Origin: an uncultured virus (IMG/VR IMGVR_UViG_3300031758_009234)
Lineage: Duplodnaviria > Heunggongvirae > Uroviricota > Caudoviricetes
IMG/VR virus record: IMGVR_UViG_3300031758_009234
Location: 1 to 64,000 of that record
Reading direction: 5' to 3' (one strand)
Length of the DNA stretch: 64,000 nucleotides
Made by a program: the position numbers and the translations under genes. Position 1 is the stretch's first letter; each line of letters begins with the position of its first letter. This document shows positions 1 to 9,207 of the stretch, in pieces. The notes under the pieces are model-generated. The model worked only from the letters and a program-made list of their open reading frames with translations, was not told the origin of the DNA and searched no databases.

Positions 1-55
1 CCCATTCACGACTTAAACAAACCACTCCGTCATGATCTAAAAATATTACCTTCAT
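1..55 (-). CDS. HAD-family phosphatase, N-terminal part only (runs off window start)
   Basis: Hand translation MKVIFLDHDGVVCLSREW carries the HAD motif I DxDGV; TATTTTTG promoter element at 60-67 on the minus strand. Confidence 0.65.
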   Translation of the reverse strand, partial: MKVIFLDHDGVVCLSREW

Positions 56-77
56 TTTACAAAAATATGAAAATTAA

Positions 78-263
78 TTATAAAAAACTACTATTTCTAT
101 TATTATTCTTAATTGATTGTATAGAGAAATCTTTTATGTCACAATCAGTAATTGGATTAGATGAATGACCATATGGAACCGCAGTATATCTCTTAACACC
201 ATCCTTATCAGTTTGAATGATTGAGTAAAGTTTTCCATCTTTTGAGTACCTAAAAATTGTCAT
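78..263 (-). CDS. hypothetical protein
   Basis: 61 aa ORF, same strand as the neighbouring gene. Confidence 0.5.
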   Translation of the reverse strand: MTIFRYSKDGKLYSIIQTDKDGVKRYTAVPYGHSSNPITDCDIKDFSIQSIKNNNRNSSFL

Positions 264-301
264 ATCTTTCTTATTTTTAATCTATTATATGTATATATTT
301 A

Positions 302-341
302 TGTCAAAATGTCATAATTAGTCTAATGGCATATAATTTGA
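302..341 (+). promoter_or_regulatory. TGTCA-AAA-TGTCA box, then 12 nt, then TGGCA-N-TTTGA (sigma54-like) element; shared with dnaK
   Basis: TGTCAAAATGTCA-N12-TGGCATATAATTTGA; the same layout occurs at 60220-60259. Confidence 0.6.
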
Positions 342-372
342 AGATACTTATATAAAAAAAGAAAAAAAAGTT

Positions 373-693
373 ATGAGAAAAATTTATTATTTATTTGATT
401 TAGTTGATTTATTTTCAAATGAAAATATTTTTGAAAATAAAATGAATTATCCAAAAGATGGTGATAAAAATTGGAACAAAACAACAGAAGAATTTGAATC
501 TAATGGAATGACTATTAAAAAAGAAACTTGGGTTAGCCTGGATGGAACATCAACGTATGTTAAAACATACACTGAAAACAAAAAGAGTATTGATGTCAAA
601 GAGCTTGAATCCGCTTTAAAAATAGCAGTTGAAAAAGAAGAATATGAAAAAGCTGCTGAACTTCGTGACCAAATTAAGAAGTTGAAGAAATAA
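373..693 (+). CDS. UvrB/UvrC (UVR) coiled-coil motif protein
   Basis: C-terminal ALKIAVEKEEYEKAAELRDQIKKL is a UVR motif; true start may be 442. Confidence 0.75.
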   Translation: MRKIYYLFDLVDLFSNENIFENKMNYPKDGDKNWNKTTEEFESNGMTIKKETWVSLDGTSTYVKTYTENKKSIDVKELESALKIAVEKEEYEKAAELRDQIKKLKK

Positions 694-724
694 AAAAAAG
701 ACCTCAAAATTGAGGTCTTTTTTA
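693..724. terminator. bidirectional intrinsic terminator
   Basis: AAAAAAAGACCTC-AAAATT-GAGGTCTTTTTT between convergent units. Confidence 0.8.
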
Positions 725-815
725 TTTTAAAAACACTATTCTGTGTTTGGGCCATCCAATATTGGATTTGACTCCACCACCTTATTTTTCTAAATAAGGA
801 AAATATGAAAGAAGA
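700..815 (-). ncRNA. candidate small structured RNA containing sequence complementary to tmRNA-like ends
   Basis: No convincing ORF; own AAAC-N18-TATAA promoter (822-848, minus) and a terminator; hairpins CCTTATTT/AAATAAGG and ATCCAATATTGGAT; plus strand reads GGGCC..TGGATTTGAC-TCCACCA. Confidence 0.4.
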
Positions 816-850
816 TATTAATTATAAATTCTTTTTGTAGAAAAGTTTTA

Positions 851-1027
851 TTATTTATCACCTTTTTCTTCTTCAACTGAAGCCGCTCTATAAGGAGTAG
901 CTAACTTCTTAATTTCACCAATGAATTTTCTTGCTTCACCAGCGTTTTTCTTAAATTTACCATTATGAGCTGCGTCAAATTTTTCCCATAAATCTTTTAA
1001 TTGTTCATAAACTTCTTGTTTTGACAT
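851..1027 (-). CDS. histone H1-like (Hc1-type, Bacteroidota-like) small protein
   Basis: Not in the ORF track; 58 aa MSKQEVYEQLKDLWEKFDAAHNGKFKKNAGEARKFIGEIKKLATPYRAASVEEEKGDK, resembling the Hc1 pattern K-AGxxARK...E(I/L)xK...(F/Y)RxxS. Confidence 0.65.
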   Translation of the reverse strand: MSKQEVYEQLKDLWEKFDAAHNGKFKKNAGEARKFIGEIKKLATPYRAASVEEEKGDK

Positions 1028-1071
1028 ATTATTTTATTTTATTTTTTAGGGTTAAGTACCCTTCGACTTTC

Positions 1072-2295
1072 TTATTCAAATAGATCCGCTGCATCACTAT
1101 CAACATATCCATCATTATCATCATCATCTCCACCCATTACTTCATTGAACTGTTTTTCAACCTCTTCAATTTCATCCAATGATTTGAATCTGAAATAATC
1201 ATTAACAATTGGTGCCATTTTTTCTAAAACATCTTGTGTAAACACCTCTTGAGTAAATAATTGTTTTGTTGTAACTGATTTCCCTAAGTGAGAAATATAC
1301 CAACGGTTTCCACCAGGAACAAACTTAATCTCACCAGTTGATTTATCAACTTCTTCTTTACCTTTTGCGATACCAATTTGTTCAAAGAATTCTGGACGAC
1401 AAAATGCGTCTAAGCCAGTGTAAGGATTCATACCATGAATAAAAGATATATCAAATCTAATTTTCTTAGGTTTTGCCAATCTATTTTTTTGAGTTTTGAA
1501 AAGTACTGTAATACCGGAAGCACCTAAATCCATTTCATCCTCTTCAGAAGTTTTTAATTTACTTTTTGACATAAATCCAATTACAGATGCTGAATAAAGT
1601 AGACCATTACCTCCGCGGAGTCGCTCTTGTGGAAAAAGATCCATTGTTAGATATGTATGGTTTGCCACCAAAAGTGGAATTTCTAAGTAACCCAAGTCTG
1701 TATTTATACTTCTAAACATAGAACCAAGTGCTTTAGCTTTAGTCATATCTTGTTTAATATCACCTTTTAATAAATCTTCTTTTTCTTTATTTGAAGCCAT
1801 TTGTCCCAAAGAATCTAAAACAATCATCAATTTAGGCATCTCATAACCAGCTAGTTTTTGTTCTTTTAACTCATCTATCAATTTTGTTAAAGTTATGTTC
1901 ACGTCTTCTACTTTATTAGATCTAACTAATCTAAATTTATCTAAAGAGTTATCAATTCCAAATTTTGGTAAGTCTTCTAAATCAATAGCCTGTTCAGTAT
2001 CAATGTATATTACTGAATATCCTAATTTCTGAGCTTGTTTAGCACATGAGTAACAAAGAAAGCTCTTACCAGCACCTGATTCACCAGCAAACGCAGTTAT
2101 TCTATTTGTAGCAATACCACCCCCTAATAATCTACCAGATAAAGCAGCATCTAATAAATAAACACCAGTTGTTATAAATTGTTTTTCTTTAATTTCTTTT
2201 TCTACTAAAATTGGAACTGATTTTGCAATATTATCTAATATTGATCCAACTTTACTAAACTCAAATTTCTTCGTTTCTTTTCCTTGTTTTGCCAT
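1072..2295 (-). CDS. uvsX: UvsX/RecA-like recombinase
   Basis: Walker A GESGAGKS, YIDTE, Walker B IVLDSLG, NHTY, GGNGLLYSAS. Confidence 0.92.
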   Translation of the reverse strand: MAKQGKETKKFEFSKVGSILDNIAKSVPILVEKEIKEKQFITTGVYLLDAALSGRLLGGGIATNRITAFAGESGAGKSFLCYSCAKQAQKLGYSVIYIDTEQAIDLEDLPKFGIDNSLDKFRLVRSNKVEDVNITLTKLIDELKEQKLAGYEMPKLMIVLDSLGQMASNKEKEDLLKGDIKQDMTKAKALGSMFRSINTDLGYLEIPLLVANHTYLTMDLFPQERLRGGNGLLYSASVIGFMSKSKLKTSEEDEMDLGASGITVLFKTQKNRLAKPKKIRFDISFIHGMNPYTGLDAFCRPEFFEQIGIAKGKEEVDKSTGEIKFVPGGNRWYISHLGKSVTTKQLFTQEVFTQDVLEKMAPIVNDYFRFKSLDEIEEVEKQFNEVMGGDDDDNDGYVDSDAADLFE

Positions 2296-2412
2296 TTTAA
2301 TTAAATTCTTTTTTATACTTTATATATTAAAAAATAATTCCCCCTTTATAAATTTTTTTAAAAACTCCAAAATAAATTATCAAGGAGGGAATAATTTATT
2401 TATATATACAAT

Positions 2413-3462
2413 ATGACTAGGGAAGAATTTTTAGAAAGAGCACGTGATAAGCATGGATATAAATATGAATATCCAAATTTGAAAGATAAAGTATTATCAA
2501 CTGATGATATAGATATAATCTATAACGGTGAACTATATAGACAAAAAGTTGTTAAGCACATAACATTGGGTCGTTGTCCAGAGAAAAATACACCAACAAA
2601 AACCACCGAGCAATTTATTAAAGAAGCTAAAGAAGTTTGGGGTGATAAATATGATTATTCATTAGTAAAATATAAGGGAGCTCTTAAAAAGGTTAAGATA
2701 ATATATGATGGTCTTATATTTGAACAGGTCGCTATTTCTCATTTACAGGGACAATGTTGTGAAAAAAATTTAACCAAAGATAATTTTATAAGAAAATCAA
2801 TAAATAAACATGGTGATAAATACGATTATTCTATGGTTAAATATATATCAGGTGATATTCCTGTTTTAATAGGATATAAAGGTGTGTATTATTTACAAAA
2901 ACCATATAATCACATAGGTGGTTCTAAACCAGAGAATATTGAATTATCAGTAAGAAAGACAACTAAAAAGTTTATACAAGAGGCTAATTTAGTTCATGAT
3001 TTTAAGTTTAGTTATGATAAAACTGATTATGTTAAGAATCAGATTAAGGTTATAATTACTTGTCCTATACATGGTGATTTTAATCAAACTCCACTTTCAC
3101 ATTTACAGGGTAATGGTTGCCCTAGTTGTAGTGAATCTCGTGGTGAAAAGTTAATTTCTAAATATTTGGATAAGAATGATATTTCATATTATAGACAGCA
3201 TAAGTTTCCTGATTGTAAGAATATATTTCAATTACCATTTGATTTTTATTTACCGAAATACAGAACTATAATAGAGTTTGATGGTAAACAACATTATGAG
3301 CCGATTGAACATTTTGGTGGTTTAGAGGCTTATGAGCGTTTAAAGGTGAATGATAAGATTAAGAATGATTATTGTGAGGATAATTATATTAATATAATAA
3401 GAATTAGATATGATCAGATTGATCGTATTTATTATATATTAAATGAGAGTTTAAGATTATAA
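2413..3462 (+). CDS. putative homing endonuclease (repeated HG(D/Y)KYDYS DNA-binding units plus a C-terminal PD-(D/E)xK/DUF559-like nuclease)
   Basis: Repeats FIKEAKEVWGDKYDYS, CPIHGDF..GCPSC, PFDFYLP..IEFDGKQH. Confidence 0.8.
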   Translation: MTREEFLERARDKHGYKYEYPNLKDKVLSTDDIDIIYNGELYRQKVVKHITLGRCPEKNTPTKTTEQFIKEAKEVWGDKYDYSLVKYKGALKKVKIIYDGLIFEQVAISHLQGQCCEKNLTKDNFIRKSINKHGDKYDYSMVKYISGDIPVLIGYKGVYYLQKPYNHIGGSKPENIELSVRKTTKKFIQEANLVHDFKFSYDKTDYVKNQIKVIITCPIHGDFNQTPLSHLQGNGCPSCSESRGEKLISKYLDKNDISYYRQHKFPDCKNIFQLPFDFYLPKYRTIIEFDGKQHYEPIEHFGGLEAYERLKVNDKIKNDYCEDNYINIIRIRYDQIDRIYYILNESLRL

Positions 3463-3879
3463 ACTAATACATACACAATAGTAATCATATCCTTGATGAC
3501 CTCTTAATAAAGGTTGTTCATACAAAACTTCCACTTTATAATTAGGATATTCGTCTTTTAGGTTATTTATAGCACCTTCCAATTTAAGAAGGAATTCATT
3601 TGTTATTTTATTAAATTCAATAAAGTCGGATATTTCTCCTTTATATCCATCTGCTGTGAATTTCACTTCTAACTCAGGACAATTTATAAATACTCTACAA
3701 TCTGTTGGGTTTCCACTTTCGGTTACTTCTTCAAGTGTTTCTGAATTGCCCCAACGGAATTCACCACATTCATTATCTTCATTATATGAATATTCCACTA
3801 AATCAGTGAAACAATGTTTGATATACTCAACATCAATTGAATTATCGGTATTTTCGTTAAATTTTCTTAGGTGTTTCAT
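3457..3879 (-). CDS. hypothetical protein, MKHLRKFNE-leader family
   Basis: N-terminus MKHLRKFNEN; paralog of 4259-4651 (YIKHCF, LKDEYPNY). Confidence 0.75.
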   Translation of the reverse strand: MKHLRKFNENTDNSIDVEYIKHCFTDLVEYSYNEDNECGEFRWGNSETLEEVTESGNPTDCRVFINCPELEVKFTADGYKGEISDFIEFNKITNEFLLKLEGAINNLKDEYPNYKVEVLYEQPLLRGHQGYDYYCVCISL

Positions 3880-4262
3880 ACTTTATATTCAATATTTATT
3901 TTTAACTCACCAATTCTATTTACAATGAAGTTAACTTCATTTCCTTCACTTTCTATATCTTTAATTATGGCGTTTATACTATTAAGTGTTTCTTGTTTAA
4001 TTCTTAATATTTCCATCTCATTTTCAATTGACGCTTTTAAAAAACCAGCATTTCCATATGGTGATCTATTCCATAATTTACCTTCAACAGGTTCCAATTT
4101 AACTTCAACATAAACACATTGAACACCTTCCACTCTTATTGGTTTTGCTATCAAAATATTAACATTATAGTAACCACTCTCTGAGATATCAGCAAAAAGT
4201 GTTTCTAGATATGATTTAGTTTCATCTTCAAAACTTTCATTAAATTTTCTTAGGTGTTTCAT
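3876..4262 (-). CDS. hypothetical protein, MKHLRKFNE-leader family
   Basis: N-terminus MKHLRKFNES; ATGA overlaps with both neighbours. Confidence 0.75.
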   Translation of the reverse strand: MKHLRKFNESFEDETKSYLETLFADISESGYYNVNILIAKPIRVEGVQCVYVEVKLEPVEGKLWNRSPYGNAGFLKASIENEMEILRIKQETLNSINAIIKDIESEGNEVNFIVNRIGELKINIEYKV

Positions 4263-4651
4263 TTTTTATTATTTATATTTATCTGGAAGTAGTCATTTGG
4301 TCTATCATCATCCTCTTCGTAATTTATTTCAATATTATAATTAGGATATTCATCTTTTAATCTTTTGATTGAGATATCAATTGATTTAATAATATGTGAT
4401 ATTCTTTCAGAATTACCAATCATTCTTTCAAAAGTTCCACCCTTAGTTATTCTAGGGATATCTATGGTTAAATCAACATATTCGTCATTAAGTGTGATTT
4501 CATCGTTTGGATTATCACGTAGATAATCTTCATGTGTATCATATTCTACATCACATTCTGGATCATCTGATAAGTCATTAAAACAATGTTTGATATATTC
4601 TATATCAAGATGCTCATTTATACTTTCGTTAAACTTTCTTAGGTGTTTCAT
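4259..4651 (-). CDS. hypothetical protein, MKHLRKFNE-leader family
   Basis: N-terminus MKHLRKFNES. Confidence 0.75.
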   Translation of the reverse strand: MKHLRKFNESINEHLDIEYIKHCFNDLSDDPECDVEYDTHEDYLRDNPNDEITLNDEYVDLTIDIPRITKGGTFERMIGNSERISHIIKSIDISIKRLKDEYPNYNIEINYEEDDDRPNDYFQININNKK

Positions 4652-5136
4652 TATTTAAATTTACCTGGGTATATTTTTCTCCACTCGTGACCTTGTGGTA
4701 CATCAGATGCTCTAACACCAAATATCTTTTTCTCTGGACAAGTATCTTCTCCGTTTAATAAGAAGTTGTTATTACAAGCCCAAACCTCAATATTTCTATT
4801 TATTCTTTGACCAACATGGAAAGGAAATCTAATATTAGCTTTATTGTCAATTGATTCTATTCTCATTGAACTATCTAATACAACTGTTATTTGTAAATTT
4901 CTATTTCTTTTTCCTGTAAAAATTAGTTCTTTAGAGTTTAAATAGCTTTCACTTATTTCATCTTCTCCATTTTCTAACTCTTGTTCCATCTCAATCTTCT
5001 TTTTCTCTTCCTCTTCATCTAAATAACTAGGTAGATTTATTTCAGTTGGAGTGTCTTGGTTCCACTTGTGTTGAAACTTTCTTGCGAAGTCTTTATATTT
5101 TTCTATCTTTCCCATAAATAATTTTTGATTATACAT
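4651..5136 (-). CDS. hypothetical protein (start may be 5115, MGKIEKYKDF)
   Basis: ORF downstream of TTAATATATA at 5137-5146. Confidence 0.7.
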   Translation of the reverse strand: MYNQKLFMGKIEKYKDFARKFQHKWNQDTPTEINLPSYLDEEEEKKKIEMEQELENGEDEISESYLNSKELIFTGKRNRNLQITVVLDSSMRIESIDNKANIRFPFHVGQRINRNIEVWACNNNFLLNGEDTCPEKKIFGVRASDVPQGHEWRKIYPGKFK

Positions 5137-5157
5137 TATATATTAAAATATAATTAT

Positions 5158-5165
5158 TATATTTG
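5158..5165 (+). promoter_or_regulatory. Bacteroidota-type -7 promoter element TAnnTTTG
   Basis: TATATTTG; also at 9169, 12019, 13668, 14553, 39557, 51448, 55074, 56130, with variants at 45283 and 57661. Confidence 0.7.
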
Positions 5166-5190
5166 TAAAACAAACAAAAAAATAAAGGTC

Positions 5191-5418
5191 ATGGGAAGAA
5201 TTAAAGATTTAGTAATTGAGTTACAAAATGAGTTTGGTTATAATATGGAATTCTTACCAGAAGATTTCAATATGGATGAATATTTAGCAAAGAGAGCTCA
5301 AGAAGTAGAAGTTAAACCATTACCATTATCGAGTGTTGATAGAGATACTTTGAATTTTGCAACTAAAGTAACATACGAACCTTTATTTTGTGACAAAGTA
5401 AAATCAAAAAATAAGTAA
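5191..5418 (+). CDS. hypothetical early protein
   Basis: MGRIKDLVIELQNEFG...; start placed downstream of the TAnnTTTG element. Confidence 0.65.
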   Translation: MGRIKDLVIELQNEFGYNMEFLPEDFNMDEYLAKRAQEVEVKPLPLSSVDRDTLNFATKVTYEPLFCDKVKSKNK

Positions 5419-5490
5419 AAAAACTTTCATATTTTCTTATAAAAGTCTCTAAAACAGAGACTTTTTTTTATTTTCTTTAATATATAGAAT

Positions 5491-5835
5491 ATGAAGGAAA
5501 TAAAGGGATTTGAAGTTGTGCATTTAAAACCAAACGCACAAAATTTAGAAATGTGGATAGCATATGACATTGAAAGTAAAATGGCTATTGGACACATTTT
5601 CATGACTATTGAAAATAATCAAAAGATAAAATTCTTAGATGCTTGGGTTGATGAGGATCACCGAAGAAAAGGAATATTCAGATCTCTGTGGGACACCAGA
5701 TGGGACTTTGTAAATCAAAATTACAAAGGATATCTTGTTTATGCTTGGTGTAAAGATACTTCTCTTCCTCTTCTATTAGAGAAAGGTTTCGAACCAGGTG
5801 AAATAGTTACTTATGTAGAAAAATTTATAAACTAA
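5491..5835 (+). CDS. GNAT acetyltransferase
   Basis: WVDEDHRRKGIFRSL acetyl-CoA binding motif A; LLLEKGF. Confidence 0.8.
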   Translation: MKEIKGFEVVHLKPNAQNLEMWIAYDIESKMAIGHIFMTIENNQKIKFLDAWVDEDHRRKGIFRSLWDTRWDFVNQNYKGYLVYAWCKDTSLPLLLEKGFEPGEIVTYVEKFIN

Positions 5836-5876
5836 AATATCTTTTAAATATATACTAATAAATAAAAGTATATACT

Positions 5877-6056
5877 ATGCCAGCAAAAGATAAAATGTTT
5901 TCATTAAGACTTCCAGCAAAATTTTTAGAAGAATATAAAGAATTTTGTGATGAACATTCTATAAACATCTCTAAAAGGATTAGAAAATTCATGGAGAAGG
6001 ACTTAGAAGCTTGGAGAATTAGAAAACAACAAATGAATAACAAAAATAGTAATTAA
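5877..6056 (+). CDS. ribbon-helix-helix DNA-binding protein
   Basis: Not in the ORF track; MPAKDKMFSLRLPAKFLEEYKEFCDEHSINISKRIRKFMEKDLEAWRIRKQQMNNKNSN has an RHH beta-alpha-alpha pattern. Confidence 0.65.
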   Translation: MPAKDKMFSLRLPAKFLEEYKEFCDEHSINISKRIRKFMEKDLEAWRIRKQQMNNKNSN

Positions 6057-6799
6057 AAATAATCAGATTTATAAACCCATTTGTAACCACAATGGGTTTT
6101 TCTCTTACCATTACAAACATTTATAACATTAGATTTTTGATATCCAGCTTTTTCAATATCAACTAAACTTACCCATTCACAAATAAGGTTATTATCCATA
6201 TCTAATTGTAGTATTATATCTTTAGATTTTCCATAATTCCAAGATTTTTTACCTTTTTTCGAATCCGAAATTTTATTCTTAGTTTCATTTGATAATTTCT
6301 TACCAAGATTTATATCCCTCAATTTAGCTTTGGTATCTTCTGATAATACTTTACCTCTTTGTGATTCGGACATCTTTTTCTTAGTCTCATCTGATGTTAC
6401 TCTATCCTTTCTAGCCAATCTTAATTTCTTTTTAGTTTCTTCCGTGTGTTTCTTTCCCCACATAGGATGGTTTTCACCAGAGACATCTCTACCAAAAAAA
6501 CCATTTACCATTGCAAGAGACTCATTTATATAATCTTTTGAATTAACTACATCAAACTCTATATGTAGTTTCAATTCTTCTGATAGTGCATCTAATCTTG
6601 TATCATGATATGATAATATTTGTATTTTAAATAAATGTATATTATTATCTATTTCATCATAGAATATTTTTCTATATTTAATTGATCTTATACTACCAAA
6701 ATATTTTCCAGATTTTATTTTCTCTTCCGATGTAGATCCTATATAAAATTTAGGCAATTTATATCCACTATAAGTGACTAAGTATGTAACATATTTCAT
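6053..6799 (-). CDS. GIY-YIG-type homing endonuclease with NUMOD3/NUMOD1 repeats
   Basis: YVTY..FYIGS; HPMWGKKHTEETKKKL repeats; VCNGKRKTHCGYKW. Confidence 0.85.
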   Translation of the reverse strand: MKYVTYLVTYSGYKLPKFYIGSTSEEKIKSGKYFGSIRSIKYRKIFYDEIDNNIHLFKIQILSYHDTRLDALSEELKLHIEFDVVNSKDYINESLAMVNGFFGRDVSGENHPMWGKKHTEETKKKLRLARKDRVTSDETKKKMSESQRGKVLSEDTKAKLRDINLGKKLSNETKNKISDSKKGKKSWNYGKSKDIILQLDMDNNLICEWVSLVDIEKAGYQKSNVINVCNGKRKTHCGYKWVYKSDYF

Positions 6800-6846
6800 A
6801 TACTATATATAAAAAGTATAACTACCTACTTGTATTATCCAAAACT

Positions 6847-9084
6847 TTATTCATAAGATGGGAATTTAGGTAAAAAAATTCGAGAATTCGCATTATCTGC
6901 GAATATTAAGTGTTTAGAATCATCTCCTATTATATACATATTAAGTATCTTATTGTGATAACTTTCTGGTATAATATCATTAAATAATCTAATATTAGTT
7001 ACTTTCATATCTGATCCAATCAATTTACAAGTATTGATTGTATCACTTTCGATTAGATATTCAAATGGTGTTATATCAGTTGTGTTATAATACACTTTTC
7101 TTAATATTGTACTAATTAAAGATCCTGCTCTTGATTCATCATCAACATTTCTCTTATAAATCCATTGATCAATCTTTCTTTGTCTTTGGTCAATATTAAT
7201 AGTATAACAATACCAAACTCCTTCTTCTAAAGCCACAGTATCATTTGTCTCATAACCCATTAAATCAAAAGTATAAGTATCAGAGTTTAAAGTAACTGTA
7301 ATTTTATCATTCTTTAAATCAAATTTATAACCTTGATTTGTAGCATCATTATAATTTGTAAATAAATTATAATTATCATCTATTACATAATTATGTATAT
7401 TAAACCATATATAATATGATAGATTGTCGGATTCTCTTAAATAATTTCTCATATTCAAATATTGAACACCTACTTCACCAAAAGTAATTGAAGCTAAGTC
7501 ATAATTAGAACGTGATACAATAGTTGATGAATTTTCAATTAACTCTTTATCTATTGCAGCTGTATAAGATAGTCTTATAGGATCTTTAGTAAGAGGTGCT
7601 AATTGTTCTTTATTTGCAATAGCGTTTTTAGCTTCATTAATATCATTCCCGAATAATTCATCAATTGTACTATTCTTAGTTAACTTATCAACAGTTTGTT
7701 TAACATCATTATTAGAGTAATTGATATTTGCTGATTTGTTGAATTTTTTCAATATTAATTTGTAATAAACAGCAGAGTTGTTAAAATTTCTAAATTGCTG
7801 TGCATGATCTACTGTAAATAATCTATTTATGTCACAGAAATAAAGAAAATCTTCTTTAGCTGGTCTTCTTTGTGGACCAAATATTTCTTTAAACTGTTGC
7901 TTAGTTATATGAACCTGCATAGTTTCAAATAGATTTAAATCAAATTGATTCATCACTATTTGAGAGTCAGGAAAGTTGTTTTGATCGACAGAAACTTTTA
8001 AATCTCCTTGACAAACAACATTATATAATTGATATTCATTAAATATTTTATCTTCACCTTTTTTATCTGGATCTGTAGCAAAATAAATTACTTTATGACC
8101 AAATACTTGTTGAGCATCATTACTTAACTTTTGTAGTAAATTCATTGCTGAATTTTGTTGATATGGATTATATAGATTTGCTTTATCATCAGTTGATAAC
8201 TGAGGTAAATTACTACCATCCGTAGCACAATTCTGACCATTAATACCTGTTGTATTTGAAGCTGGTACAAAATTCCCGTTAGCGTCTGTGTAACCCAACA
8301 TATTAGACTGACAACATTCTCTAATTCCAAATAAATTTGTTTTAAAATAATCTTTACTAACATTTTGAAAGTCACCAATTAAGTTAATATCTTGTATAGT
8401 TACTGTTGAATTTGAGTTATTTGTTATACTATATTCTATTTGAAAAAATCTAATTGGATTTATTCTCAATGTTGAAATGTTTTGTGTTGTTAAAAACTCC
8501 CAGTTAGACCATGTTTTACTATTATCTTGTGAAAATCTATATTTAATATCAACATTAGTTAAGTTACTACCAGATATTATTTCTATATCAGTTATTCTAA
8601 AAACTTTATAAATAAAAGGAGCTTTCATTATAATTGTTTTACCAGATGCAATACTTATTGTCGAACCATCGGTTACTTCTTCTCTTTCTAATTCACCCTC
8701 TAATGAATATTCCAAAAGCTTAACATTTCCAATATCAGAAGTACCAGTTCTAACCCATTTAATCTCTAAATACATCGGAAATGCAGCCGACCAATCAGGA
8801 AAGTTTTCAAAATATTTTGTTAAATCTAACCAAGCAGACCAATCATAACCATTTCTAGATATTCTATAATAATGTTTTAAATATCTAGTTGGTGTTAATC
8901 CTAAAGTATCATAACTAAATTTTGTAAATCTCTTAACATTTTGTAAATTTGGAAAAGATAAAATATATTCACTATCTATACTTGTAAATATAGGAGTAGC
9001 ATTTGATGCTGTAGCAGAAGCTGTTATATCAAATTTATTTGATATTAATATTTTACCAGCTAACTCGTCATATTTTATTTGCAT
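6847..9084 (-). CDS. virion structural protein with a T4 gp14-like neck domain and a C-terminal LamG-like domain
   Basis: FGHKVIYF..IFNEY..F(D)L..VHITKQQF..RPAKEDFLYF..NRLFTV resembles gp14; TTAATATATA upstream. Confidence 0.55.
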   Translation of the reverse strand: MQIKYDELAGKILISNKFDITASATASNATPIFTSIDSEYILSFPNLQNVKRFTKFSYDTLGLTPTRYLKHYYRISRNGYDWSAWLDLTKYFENFPDWSAAFPMYLEIKWVRTGTSDIGNVKLLEYSLEGELEREEVTDGSTISIASGKTIIMKAPFIYKVFRITDIEIISGSNLTNVDIKYRFSQDNSKTWSNWEFLTTQNISTLRINPIRFFQIEYSITNNSNSTVTIQDINLIGDFQNVSKDYFKTNLFGIRECCQSNMLGYTDANGNFVPASNTTGINGQNCATDGSNLPQLSTDDKANLYNPYQQNSAMNLLQKLSNDAQQVFGHKVIYFATDPDKKGEDKIFNEYQLYNVVCQGDLKVSVDQNNFPDSQIVMNQFDLNLFETMQVHITKQQFKEIFGPQRRPAKEDFLYFCDINRLFTVDHAQQFRNFNNSAVYYKLILKKFNKSANINYSNNDVKQTVDKLTKNSTIDELFGNDINEAKNAIANKEQLAPLTKDPIRLSYTAAIDKELIENSSTIVSRSNYDLASITFGEVGVQYLNMRNYLRESDNLSYYIWFNIHNYVIDDNYNLFTNYNDATNQGYKFDLKNDKITVTLNSDTYTFDLMGYETNDTVALEEGVWYCYTINIDQRQRKIDQWIYKRNVDDESRAGSLISTILRKVYYNTTDITPFEYLIESDTINTCKLIGSDMKVTNIRLFNDIIPESYHNKILNMYIIGDDSKHLIFADNANSRIFLPKFPSYE

Positions 9085-9145
9085 AACATATATATTAAAT
9101 TATAAAACTTACTTAAATTTTTTATTTAAAATAATTCTAAATAAT

Positions 9146-9176
9146 TTTGTGGATAAATAAATAATATCTATATTTG
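9146..9176 (+). promoter_or_regulatory. Bacteroidota sigma-A-type promoter (-33 TTTG, 19 nt, -7 TATATTTG)
   Basis: TTTG 9146-9149 and TATATTTG 9169-9176. Confidence 0.7.
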
Positions 9177-9207
9177 TATTATAAATAAGAAACTAAAAAA
9201 AAGAGCG

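Noticed and set aside
447..755. Antisense and shadow ORFs in the track (447, 3656, 3871, 5855, 6330, 8142, 9168, 9542, 14086, 17233, 19697, 21469, 22553, 24510, 26188, 31481, 33539, 38140, 39531, 43789, 46851, 48296, 48986, 49024, 52556, 53535, 56192, 58409, 59969)
   Set aside because: Each overlaps a better-supported gene on the opposite strand or in another frame and has no recognisable motifs.
740..790. A true tRNA or tmRNA gene ending in CCA
   Set aside because: There is no T-arm, cloverleaf or tag reading frame, and it is too short; kept only as a candidate sRNA.
3457..4651. Diversity-generating retroelement or recombination cassette explaining the repeated N-termini
   Set aside because: There is no reverse transcriptase or recombinase in the window, and nucleotide identity is limited to about 30 nt of leader with no A-specific variation pattern.
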